From a virus (Duplodnaviria; Caudoviricetes), in the IMG/VR virus record IMGVR_UViG_3300020045_007055, positions 1-38,845 of that record: a DNA stretch of 38,845 bases; one strand, 5' to 3'. The notes under the pieces are model-generated. The model searched no databases, was not told the DNA's origin, and saw nothing but the letters and a program-made list of their open reading frames with translations. Position numbers and translations under genes: made by a program. Below are positions 7,326 through 15,622 of the stretch, one piece after another; positions within the stretch are counted from its first letter, which is position 1; each line of letters begins with the position of its first letter.

Positions 7326-7645
7326 GGTAGCGGATGCGCTACCGCATCCGCTACCACAACCGCTACCGGATATGGAGGCTTAACAGAGCCAAAATATCCG
7401 GTTTTTTATGTAAAAGGTAGCGGTAGCGGTAGTGTTTTCCAATCTTTTCCCAAATCACCTCTCTCATTTTACTATATAGTTCTAGAAACTTTCTAAACAG
7501 TGATTTTATCCGCTACTACCGCTACCAGCGCTCAACCCAGCCAAGAAATCGATTTTTTGCATCCGCTACCATCCGCTACCAGCCGCTACCTTTACAAAAA
7601 TCTGGGCTAAGTTGAGCCATATAATGAGAAATGTAATCCGCTACC
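7326..7645. repeat. Iteron-like (C)CGCTACC repeats, putative replication origin
   Basis: About 12 copies in both orientations around an AT-rich core. Perfect hairpin GGTAGCGGATGCG-CTAC-CGCATCCGCTACC (7326-7355). Lies immediately downstream of the primase gene. Confidence 0.8.
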
Positions 7646-7665
7646 TTTACACGATTTTTGACCAC

Positions 7666-7695
7666 TTATCCCCATGATTGTGGTAGTTATCCCCA
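7666..7695 (+). promoter_or_regulatory. Two DnaA-box-like TTATCCCCA motifs
   Basis: 7666-7674 and 7687-7695, each one mismatch from TTATCCACA. Confidence 0.4.
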
Positions 7696-7859
7696 TGGGA
7701 GCGGGTCTGTGCTATACTTTTTAGCAGAACACACCCAAGAGATCGCACACGTCGAAGCTCACACGGATGTGTTTACCCCCCTGGACCACTGGAGTGTCCC
7801 GGCGCGTACATTCGCATGGCCAACTGAGTGTATGGTGTCAGGCGCATTGGTGCGCGCAG

Positions 7860-7894
7860 CACAAGGAGTCATCTCTGCAGGTGACTCTTTTGTG
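7860..7894 (+). terminator. Terminator-like hairpin before terS
   Basis: CACAAGGAGTCA...TGACTCTTTTGTG followed by TTTT. Confidence 0.5.
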
Positions 7895-7899
7895 TTTTG

Positions 7900-7908
7900 T
7901 GATATAAT
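7900..7908 (+). promoter_or_regulatory. Extended -10 promoter of the packaging genes
   Basis: TGATATAAT, 12 nt upstream of ATG 7921. Confidence 0.6.
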
Positions 7909-7920
7909 GTCTCTAAAAAC

Positions 7921-8304
7921 ATGCCATTCCAAAAAGGGAATACGTTGGGAATCAAGAAGGGCCAAGTGCTGAACCCTGAGGGCGCTCCGACAAAAGAGCG
8001 TTACAATTTGAAGTGGGAGATTATCGATGGATATATCAAAGACGCAATCAAAGTTGCACATTCCATTGTGGAAGGTACACACCCGGATATCCTCGGTGTG
8101 AAAAAAGAGCGAGATCGTCTTGAGCTGATCTTAAAAGCAACAGGCCACCTTTTGAAACTTGCGCCACAGCGTCAGGCAAATGCTGATGGTGATAATATGC
8201 CAGCGCCAATTTTGGCTTATGTATCTAGTGACAACCGCGACACGAAAGATAATGGCGATGCAGAAGCGAATCCGGGCGGTACAGGGGGGAACGTCAGCCA
8301 GTAA
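7921..8304 (+). CDS. Terminase small subunit (putative)
   Basis: MPFQKGN...KKGQVLNPEGAP N-terminus; overlaps the terL start. Confidence 0.75.
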   Translation: MPFQKGNTLGIKKGQVLNPEGAPTKERYNLKWEIIDGYIKDAIKVAHSIVEGTHPDILGVKKERDRLELILKATGHLLKLAPQRQANADGDNMPAPILAYVSSDNRDTKDNGDAEANPGGTGGNVSQ

Positions 8305-9394
8305 GACCATTTCGATCTTATTAAACCTCATTCACCTTGCGCAGACAGACAAGACGCCCACGATGACGTCTATTGTCTCGGAGAGTTTTCCGCATCTGAA
8401 GCGTGGGTGTATGCGCGATTTCCTGTCGATTTTAGAGCAACACAATTATTACAAGGACGAGAGATGGAACAAGACAGACTATATCTACACATTCGAGACG
8501 GGGAGTAAGATCGAATTCTTTAGTGCAGACCAACCGGATAAAGTGCGTGGTCCCCGTCGTGATCGATTGTTCGTGAACGAGGCGAACAACATTCCGTATG
8601 AGGCATTCGATCAGCTCGAAGTGCGTACAAAGGATTTTATATTCTTGGATTGGAATCCAACAAACAGCTTTTGGTATTTTGACGAAGTGGAAAAGCGCGA
8701 CGACAAGGAGTTTATTATTTTGACATACAAGGACAATGAAGCGCTTGACGCGAATATCGTGCGCTCTATTGAGCAACGTAAGAATAATAAGAATTGGTGG
8801 ACCGTCTACGGTCTTGGCCAGCTTGGGGTCACAGAAGGCCGTATCTTCAAAGATTGGGCTATCTTGGATGAAGTGCCGCATGAGGCTCGTTTAGAACGCT
8901 ACGGGCTTGATTTTGGCTATACGAACGATCCTACGGCATGTGTGGCAATCTATAAGTACAACGGCGGATTCATCTTTGATGAGATCATTTTTCAAAAGGG
9001 ATTGAGCAACAGGCAGATTGCTGACGTGTTCCTGAATATAGATAGGGCCCTTATCGTCGCAGATAGTGCGGAGCCAAAGAGCATCGACGAAATCAAGAGC
9101 TATGGGCTTGCGTGTGTCCCGTCAAAGAAAGGCGCGGGGAGTATCAATGCGGGCATCCAGTTCATGCAGGATCAAAAGATATCGGTCACAAAGCGCAGCA
9201 CGAATATCATCAAAGAGTTTCGCAACTATATTTGGGACACAGACAAGGATGGCAAGATCCTTAACACCGCGGCACCGGGATTTGACCACACGATGGACGC
9301 AGCACGATACGGCTTGGAAGCGTATACCATCCTCCGCGATCAGCAGATTGTCCGTCGCGAACTCTCCTTCGATGATTCATTCGTTACATACTAG
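8219..9394 (+). CDS. terL: Terminase large subunit, PBSX family
   Basis: Walker A QGGTSASKT, Walker B LFVNEA, DWNPT, nuclease motifs GLDFGYTNDPTA, ADSAEPKSI, DHTMDAARY. Confidence 0.97.
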   Translation: MYLVTTATRKIMAMQKRIRAVQGGTSASKTISILLNLIHLAQTDKTPTMTSIVSESFPHLKRGCMRDFLSILEQHNYYKDERWNKTDYIYTFETGSKIEFFSADQPDKVRGPRRDRLFVNEANNIPYEAFDQLEVRTKDFIFLDWNPTNSFWYFDEVEKRDDKEFIILTYKDNEALDANIVRSIEQRKNNKNWWTVYGLGQLGVTEGRIFKDWAILDEVPHEARLERYGLDFGYTNDPTACVAIYKYNGGFIFDEIIFQKGLSNRQIADVFLNIDRALIVADSAEPKSIDEIKSYGLACVPSKKGAGSINAGIQFMQDQKISVTKRSTNIIKEFRNYIWDTDKDGKILNTAAPGFDHTMDAARYGLEAYTILRDQQIVRRELSFDDSFVTY

Positions 9395-9426
9395 AAAAAG
9401 TGCTATAATGTAGGCAAAAAACAAAT

Positions 9427-11358
9427 ATGCAAACGCAAAAGACGGCTGAGGAAAAGTTGAAGCCGAGCGATACCACCATGAAGGTGTATAAAAATTACAC
9501 CTTTGGGATGCAGGTGCTCCAGAAGTCCGAGGTATTTTTCAATAATCGCTCGCCGCTTGAATACTGGGCAGAAGGCCGTTTGCGTTTCAACGTGTACGTT
9601 CCACAGCGCCAAAAGAACAGCAAAGCATGGCGCACGCTGTATCGATCCGCCATGGTGCGCAATAAGATTCTGGGGATCGTCGCGCATGTTTTGGGCATGA
9701 TGCCTGAGCCATCCATTGTCGCGCAGAACGAGAATCAGCAGGAGGATGTCGTCGCATCGCAGTTTTTTAAGGATTTCGTGGAGTGGTCCATGGATCACGA
9801 GGGATTTGATATCAAGGCGTTCTGGGGTTTGATTACAGCCGTTGCCGAAGGCACGGTGATCCTGAAGGATGATTACGGAAACTTTGAACGAAAGGTGAAG
9901 GATATCGTCGAGATCGATGAACAGACAGGGAAAGTGACATGGAAGCCAAACAAGACATACACGGATTTTGTCGGTGCGTTTACTGAGATCGTGCCAAACG
10001 ATGAGCTGTTAATCGCGAACCCATACATCACAGATATCCAAGAGCAGCCCTGGCTTATCCGTCGCAAGCGCATGCCGATCGATAGATTCCGTGCGAAATA
10101 CTACAAATACGCGAACGCGGACATAGTGAAGCCGGGGATGCCGAACTCGTGGATGTACTCGTCCGATTACTTCCAGCCGTATATCTCGTGTACGTTTCTC
10201 GCTTCGAACATGGTCGAGGTGCTTGAGTACTGGGAAAAAGATGGCGACCACTACGATATCATCGCGAACGGCGTGCAGTTGACTGATGACGAGAATCCGA
10301 ATCCACGCCCGGACAAAAAATATCCATTTGCCAAATCAGGTTTCGAGCCAATCGATTACTCGTTTTTCTGGTACAAGTCGCTGTCGGATAAACTCTCCCC
10401 TGAGCAGGACGTGTACGACGCGGTGTTGCGCATGAGCATCGACGCGGTGCATCTGAATCTTATCAAACCACTCTCCACGAATAACCCGGCGCTTGTGAAT
10501 GAAGATGTCGCGATTCCGGGGAACATCGTCTATACCGGCGCGGCTGATAATTTCAAGATTGAGCCAGTGTTCGGGTCCGTGCCAGTGGGCATGGATGCAG
10601 GCACATCGAATATCTTGTCGACGATGATGAGCAATGCATCGCAGTCTTCGCTTGATCCGATGCAAACCGGTGGCGCACCGAGTGGCGGAAGTAATCCAAC
10701 CGCATCGCAGGTGTTGCAAATGGCACAGAACGCCAAGATCATGCTTGGCCTCTTTGGATGGATGTATGGCTATCTGATCACCGAATGGACCAAACTCCGC
10801 TGTCAGACGCTCCTGTGGCGCGTGGCGAACGATATGGACCTAAGCAAGATCACCATGTCAGGCCGCGTGTTAAAATCAGGTCGCTTGGGCAAGCGTACAT
10901 ATATTTTTGAGAGAGGATTGAGCAAGCAAAGCGCAAAGCTAAAGATGGAACTATCCGCGAAGATCGCCAAGGTGCAGGAAGCGCTCGGCGGTTCCGAGGA
11001 GATTGTCGCTATGGACGCGAACGAACTCGCAAACCTCGACCTATTCGTGCGTATTGGTGCAGATCCGAAGCCGAAGCGCACAGATGCGATCATGCAGGCG
11101 CTCGCGGCTGAGAAGTGGAATGTGAAGGCACAGGCGCCGCAGGTATGGAATCTGAACTATGCCGCGGTGCAGCTCGCGAACGCATGGGGAGAGGACCCGA
11201 CTGAGGCGATCAACAAAGCGCAGGAAGCGCCACAGCAACCGCAGCCGGACCAAGCGCCACAGGAGGGTGCAAACCCCATCATGCAGCAAATGGGGAGTAC
11301 GATGAAAAACGCGCTTGGTATGCAACAACAGAATCCCGCACTCGCTAAAACCGCATAA
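9427..11358 (+). CDS. Portal protein (podovirus-type)
   Basis: 643 aa directly after terL; helical with Gln/Pro-rich tail; TGCTATAAT promoter at 9401. Confidence 0.85.
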   Translation: MQTQKTAEEKLKPSDTTMKVYKNYTFGMQVLQKSEVFFNNRSPLEYWAEGRLRFNVYVPQRQKNSKAWRTLYRSAMVRNKILGIVAHVLGMMPEPSIVAQNENQQEDVVASQFFKDFVEWSMDHEGFDIKAFWGLITAVAEGTVILKDDYGNFERKVKDIVEIDEQTGKVTWKPNKTYTDFVGAFTEIVPNDELLIANPYITDIQEQPWLIRRKRMPIDRFRAKYYKYANADIVKPGMPNSWMYSSDYFQPYISCTFLASNMVEVLEYWEKDGDHYDIIANGVQLTDDENPNPRPDKKYPFAKSGFEPIDYSFFWYKSLSDKLSPEQDVYDAVLRMSIDAVHLNLIKPLSTNNPALVNEDVAIPGNIVYTGAADNFKIEPVFGSVPVGMDAGTSNILSTMMSNASQSSLDPMQTGGAPSGGSNPTASQVLQMAQNAKIMLGLFGWMYGYLITEWTKLRCQTLLWRVANDMDLSKITMSGRVLKSGRLGKRTYIFERGLSKQSAKLKMELSAKIAKVQEALGGSEEIVAMDANELANLDLFVRIGADPKPKRTDAIMQALAAEKWNVKAQAPQVWNLNYAAVQLANAWGEDPTEAINKAQEAPQQPQPDQAPQEGANPIMQQMGSTMKNALGMQQQNPALAKTA

Positions 11359-11359
11359 T

Positions 11360-11464
11360 ATGAAACCATCCATCACCAACTATTCGTCATTTTCAAAAAA
11401 GTCAGTCACGAATAGTACGCTGAAAGGTCGAAGTAAACCTAAATCATCCAAGAGGAAGAGCTAA
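11360..11464 (+). CDS. Small basic Lys/Ser-rich peptide, 34 aa
   Basis: MKPSITNYSSFSKKSVTNSTLKGRSKPKSSKRKS; starts 1 nt after the portal stop. Confidence 0.5.
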   Translation: MKPSITNYSSFSKKSVTNSTLKGRSKPKSSKRKS

Positions 11465-11487
11465 CCAGCCATTGGATTAAAAATCCA

Positions 11488-11625
11488 TTGGCTAAGAACT
11501 ATATCCCAAATAACCTGATGAAGGCGAAGCTCGGTATCACGAAAAAGCCGACAACTAAGGGCATTACGCCTGTGAAGCTCGGCGTGCCACACCGCACGGG
11601 TCGTGTCGCCAACAAGAAAAAATAG
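11488..11625 (+). CDS. Small basic peptide, 45 aa (TTG start; alternative ATG at 11518)
   Basis: MAKNYIPNNLMKAKLGITKKPTTKGITPVKLGVPHRTGRVANKKK. Confidence 0.45.
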   Translation: MAKNYIPNNLMKAKLGITKKPTTKGITPVKLGVPHRTGRVANKKK

Positions 11626-11688
11626 TGGTATAATTAAGTAAATAAGCAACGGACGCGGGCCGTTGGAAAACAAATCGCGTAAAACCTT

Positions 11689-12411
11689 ATGGAGGAAACT
11701 CCAACATGGGAGCAAGCCCAAAGTGCTGCAAAGGCATCCAAGGCAGACGAAGCCACTCCCGCTTCTACTGAGACAGTACCGGATGTAACAGAGACGAAGA
11801 CTGAAGTACCGGAAACGGTGAAGGACGAATCTCCAGCTGTCGATTACGCAGCCGAACTTGCAAAATACAAGGATAAGCTGAGCGAAGCCGAGAAAATCGC
11901 TGAAAAGCGATTGAAAGCACTGGAACGTATCTCAAAAGCAAAAGACGCCGCGCCTGAGGTTGCTGATGAACCGACAGAGAAATCTGACGATTTTGAGGCA
12001 ATTATTGAGCGCAAGACGACTGAGCGATTAGAGCGTTTCCAGCGTGAACAGGCCGCAGATGTGATCGACGACATCTTGGACAGTTTCAGCGATGACGCGA
12101 ATGAGAAGTCATTGGTTAAGACCCTCTACGAGAACGGCGAAGTGAAACCATCGGGATATACGCGGAAAGCGATCGAAGCGGATATCAAGAAGGCGTTTCT
12201 CTTGGCCAATGCTCCGCGACTCGAATCTATCGCACTAGAGAAGGCACAGATCCGCTTGAAAAAACAAGAGGCTGAAAAGAAGGCTATCTTGCAAGCATCA
12301 TCCTCCTCCGGTGCCACTGGACGTGAGCCGCCACAGACTTCGACTACTCCGGCATTGAATGACAAAGAACAGCAATGGATGGATTACCTTGCTGAAAAAC
12401 AAAAGCGGTAA
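11689..12411 (+). CDS. Capsid scaffolding protein (putative)
   Basis: Acidic N-terminus, coiled coil, located between portal and capsid; TGGTATAAT promoter at 11626. Confidence 0.75.
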   Translation: MEETPTWEQAQSAAKASKADEATPASTETVPDVTETKTEVPETVKDESPAVDYAAELAKYKDKLSEAEKIAEKRLKALERISKAKDAAPEVADEPTEKSDDFEAIIERKTTERLERFQREQAADVIDDILDSFSDDANEKSLVKTLYENGEVKPSGYTRKAIEADIKKAFLLANAPRLESIALEKAQIRLKKQEAEKKAILQASSSSGATGREPPQTSTTPALNDKEQQWMDYLAEKQKR

Positions 12412-12438
12412 AGTTTTACAAATAAAAAACAAAACAAT

Positions 12439-12894
12439 ATGGCATCCGGCAACATGTACCGAACCCGTGGCCCAAGCACGATCATGCGCTTCCTCGTGAA
12501 GGCAGGTGCAGCGGCTTCAATCAAGGCGGGTGAACCTGTTATTCAGAACACATCGGGTGATGTGGAATACGTGAAAGCTCCAGGCGCAAGCGTTACGACC
12601 TCCGACACGTTCGTTGGTATCGCAACGTCAGACTCAACGGATACCGCAGCCGCCGACGGTTTCGTTTATATCGAAATGCCTTCATTTGGCACAGTGTTTC
12701 GTGGCATTGCAAAGACAAAAGCAAACTTGGCAGCCTCTGTGCGCTTGACAAAGGTTGTGATTGACTACACGTCACCAAACTACACAATCGATGAATCAAC
12801 CACGACCAACGGTCTCTGTCAGATCGTTGATTATAATGCAACAACCGGCGAAATCGACTGGGTGTTGGACATGTCGGAAGCGTTGAACGCATAA
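12439..12894 (+). CDS. Capsid cement/decoration protein (putative)
   Basis: IKAGEPV...FVGIA..DST beta-rich protein immediately before the major capsid gene. Confidence 0.65.
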   Translation: MASGNMYRTRGPSTIMRFLVKAGAAASIKAGEPVIQNTSGDVEYVKAPGASVTTSDTFVGIATSDSTDTAAADGFVYIEMPSFGTVFRGIAKTKANLAASVRLTKVVIDYTSPNYTIDESTTTNGLCQIVDYNATTGEIDWVLDMSEALNA

Positions 12895-12920
12895 CCGCTG
12901 AATAAAACCAAAACAAATAT

Positions 12921-13853
12921 ATGGTAACGAATCAATTAAACGGAAATATAGTCAAGACCTTCCTCGACGGTCTTTTCTTCCCGGAATTCAACTTGAATGA
13001 GAACCCGGAAATCGCACAAGCCGAAGATTCTCTTCTCTTTAACCAAGAGAAGTCGAACAAGGCACAGGAAACCTTGGAACAGTTCAAGGGAATCGGTGAC
13101 TGGGATGCTCGTGGTGAATTGCAGGTTGCATCAGAAGCGCAGCCACAATCACTCTACACGCAGACCTTCGTCAACAATGAATTGGCCAAGGGTGTCACGC
13201 TCTCCGGCCGCTTCTTCGACGACGATCAGCAGAGCATGGTCGCCATGGTTGTCCGCGATTTCGCGAACAAGGGCAAGGCTGCTAAGAACAAGGACGCCTT
13301 CTCCATCTTCCGCGACTTCACCACGACGTATGGCGATGGAAAGTCCATCTGGTCAACCTTGCATCCTGTTGTTGGTGGTACACAGTCCAACCTTGAGACA
13401 GCAAAGCTCTCCGAATCCTCGTTGAACACGATGATCGTTGATCTCGCGACTGCAAAAGAATTGGACGGTGTTGTCTTGGGCCGTATGCCACAGACGCTCC
13501 TCGTCGATGTCTCGAACTACAAGCGCGCTTCGATCATCCTCGACTCGGAACTCCGCTCAGGCACAGCGCAGAATGACATGAACATTTACTCCACCAAGTA
13601 CAACTTGTACTTGAAGGCCACGCCATACATCGGCACGGTCGCTGGTGGTTCGAATGACTATGCCTTCTTGCTTGCACGCAATCACGGGATCATGCGCTTC
13701 CTCCGTCAGGATGTGAAGACCAAGATCATTGATCGCTCGGTTCGTGAGAACGACAGCTACTACTACTTTGGGAACTTCCGCCAGTCGGTCGGCGCGATCT
13801 CCTGGGTTGGTTCAGTGGCTACGTCGGGTACGACAGGATCATACGACGCATAG
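12921..13853 (+). CDS. Major capsid protein (HK97 fold, Mu gpT-like)
   Basis: 310 aa; GDGKSIWSTLHP, LSESSL, PQTLLV, IL.SELRSGTAQND.N; strongly biased codon usage. Confidence 0.88.
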   Translation: MVTNQLNGNIVKTFLDGLFFPEFNLNENPEIAQAEDSLLFNQEKSNKAQETLEQFKGIGDWDARGELQVASEAQPQSLYTQTFVNNELAKGVTLSGRFFDDDQQSMVAMVVRDFANKGKAAKNKDAFSIFRDFTTTYGDGKSIWSTLHPVVGGTQSNLETAKLSESSLNTMIVDLATAKELDGVVLGRMPQTLLVDVSNYKRASIILDSELRSGTAQNDMNIYSTKYNLYLKATPYIGTVAGGSNDYAFLLARNHGIMRFLRQDVKTKIIDRSVRENDSYYYFGNFRQSVGAISWVGSVATSGTTGSYDA

Positions 13854-13860
13854 TGATAAT

Positions 13861-13893
13861 TCAATGGGGGCTGGGCAGCTGGCCCCCACTTGA
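13861..13893 (+). terminator. Hairpin after the major capsid gene
   Basis: TCAATGGGGGC...GCCCCCACTTGA followed by a T-rich tract. Confidence 0.5.
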
Positions 13894-13905
13894 TACTTTT
13901 GTTTT

Positions 13906-14541
13906 ATGGAAAAAATCTTAAAACCAATCTGGTTCGCGCTTTGTCTTGGTGCGTTCGCCTGTTGCGTCTACCTCGTGTTTCGTCCAGCCAGTGTCTTGAT
14001 CGTCTCTGACGGCAAGGCGGTGCAGACGACACAGAAGTTTGGTGGCACGACCGGCCTCGACTCGCTCGCATTGGTCGGCAATTTGTCCGTTGGTGGCACT
14101 GCCACGCTCACGGGAGCGCTCACGGTCTCATCTCTCGACGAAACGCTTAGCTCGGGCAATGTTGTCCCGGCTCGCGCGATTCGCGCCACGATGTCGTCGT
14201 CTGCCACGACAACTGCTTGCACGATTCTGAATACCTCTGGTGCGACGAAAGTCATTACCGGTATCGGTGTCATTGATCGTGGATCTGCTGTAAGTACCGG
14301 CGCAGTTGTTTGGACCGCTGGTACGTCAACGTACAACGGCGCAAATGGATCATCCGCAGCGACGTACACGAAGTTTGTGAACACCATTGCCACTCGCGTG
14401 TCGGGTGTCGATACGCTGACAACAACGTCTACTGTCCTCGGTTCATCCGGTGTGTATGGTACGTGGGAAAACAATGTTGCCCTGAACTTTGTCTCTGGCT
14501 CTACGACGAACCTTGGTTCGTGCTGGGTCACAACAAACTAA
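13906..14541 (+). CDS. Virion-associated protein with N-terminal hydrophobic helix
   Basis: PIWFALCLGAFACCVYLVF followed by a Thr/Gly-rich beta domain. Confidence 0.7.
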   Translation: MEKILKPIWFALCLGAFACCVYLVFRPASVLIVSDGKAVQTTQKFGGTTGLDSLALVGNLSVGGTATLTGALTVSSLDETLSSGNVVPARAIRATMSSSATTTACTILNTSGATKVITGIGVIDRGSAVSTGAVVWTAGTSTYNGANGSSAATYTKFVNTIATRVSGVDTLTTTSTVLGSSGVYGTWENNVALNFVSGSTTNLGSCWVTTN

Positions 14542-14635
14542 TGGTCATCCTCTGTCCTCCTAAGAGGGCAGGGATATGCCCACTAACAATATAATTACTC
14601 GCACACGAGCGCAGCGGGCAGAATTCCAGCGCTTC

Positions 14636-14755
14636 ATGGCGACGGCGAAAGCCCCATCTCACGATGCAGAGATATTACCTACGCAGACCGCGGAGGATAT
14701 TGTCGTTCCACCTCTAAAGAAAAAAGGACGACTCCCTAAAACAAAAACCGAATAA
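14636..14755 (+). CDS. Small protein with KKKGRLPK (AT-hook-like) tail
   Basis: Read manually; frame open back to ATA at 14591; stop 3 nt before the next ATG. Confidence 0.45.
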   Translation: MATAKAPSHDAEILPTQTAEDIVVPPLKKKGRLPKTKTE

Positions 14756-14758
14756 ACT

Positions 14759-15358
14759 ATGATTGTTCATCCAGTAGGAAAGTATTTCGCGACTCCGCCA
14801 ACACTCGCTGACGGCGACTTAAAGCATCTCCGTGTCGATTCAACCGGCGCACTTGTCACGGCGGGCGCAGGCTCGACAGAGGCAACAGGCAACGTCGCGT
14901 CCGGTGCGACTGATTCAGGCAATCCAGTGAAGGTTGGTGGCAAGTACAATGCTACGGCTCCGACGCTTCTTGACGGTCAGCGTGGTGATTTGCAGATGGA
15001 TTCTCTTGGCAATACGCAGATCAATAGCTACACGAAGATTGCAGGTGAGGATCTTACGAACGATGTGACAAAGGTGGAGGTTCAGACAAGCTACACAAAC
15101 ATCTCAGCGTCAGCACTTATCAAGACTGGCGCAGGTCGCTTGTCAGCCATCATCGTTAACTCTGCTGCCGCCGGTGCAACGATCAAAGTTTGGGACAACA
15201 CAAGTGCAGCCACGACCGTGTTGCTTAACACGATTACTTTTGCTGCCGCTGCCACGCAGGGTGGTGCGATCTTACGCTTCCCAGAGATCAAGTTTAATAC
15301 TGGCTGTTACGTGACGATAGCCGTTGCAGCTATGGACGCAACTATCTGTTGGAACTAA
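14759..15358 (+). CDS. Putative virion structural protein
   Basis: Repeated PTL.DG....L..DS.G motif plus a C-terminal beta-sandwich. Confidence 0.75.
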   Translation: MIVHPVGKYFATPPTLADGDLKHLRVDSTGALVTAGAGSTEATGNVASGATDSGNPVKVGGKYNATAPTLLDGQRGDLQMDSLGNTQINSYTKIAGEDLTNDVTKVEVQTSYTNISASALIKTGAGRLSAIIVNSAAAGATIKVWDNTSAATTVLLNTITFAAAATQGGAILRFPEIKFNTGCYVTIAVAAMDATICWN

Positions 15359-15364
15359 ACGAAT

Positions 15365-15613
15365 ATGTCTACATTTGAAATCACAAAAATCGACAAAGAA
15401 AAGGGTCACGTTTCCGTTGTCTACTCCGTTGACGGCGTGGAACAGACCATGTGCGACTGTCCGTTAGATAGCGAGGAAAGTACCAAGGCGTTCTTGGAGG
15501 ACTACGGCAATCGCTATGAAGCAGCAAAAGCAGTCGAGGCAGCAAAAGCAGCATCAGCAACCGTCGATGTGCTTGTTGGCAAAGTAATTGAGATCACGCC
15601 AGCGGCTCTCTAA
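15365..15613 (+). CDS. Hypothetical protein (possible fibre chaperone)
   Basis: 82-aa ORF tightly packed in the operon. Confidence 0.7.
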   Translation: MSTFEITKIDKEKGHVSVVYSVDGVEQTMCDCPLDSEESTKAFLEDYGNRYEAAKAVEAAKAASATVDVLVGKVIEITPAAL

Positions 15614-15622
15614 CACAAAACC

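Noticed and set aside
7326-7645. CRISPR array or DGR repeats
   Set aside because: The repeats are 7-8 nt, irregularly spaced and bidirectional. No cas or reverse transcriptase genes were seen.
14591-14635. Non-canonical ATA start extending the 14636 ORF
   Set aside because: The context (AACAAT-ATA) mimics other starts, but it cannot be distinguished from a point mutation or chance without homologues.
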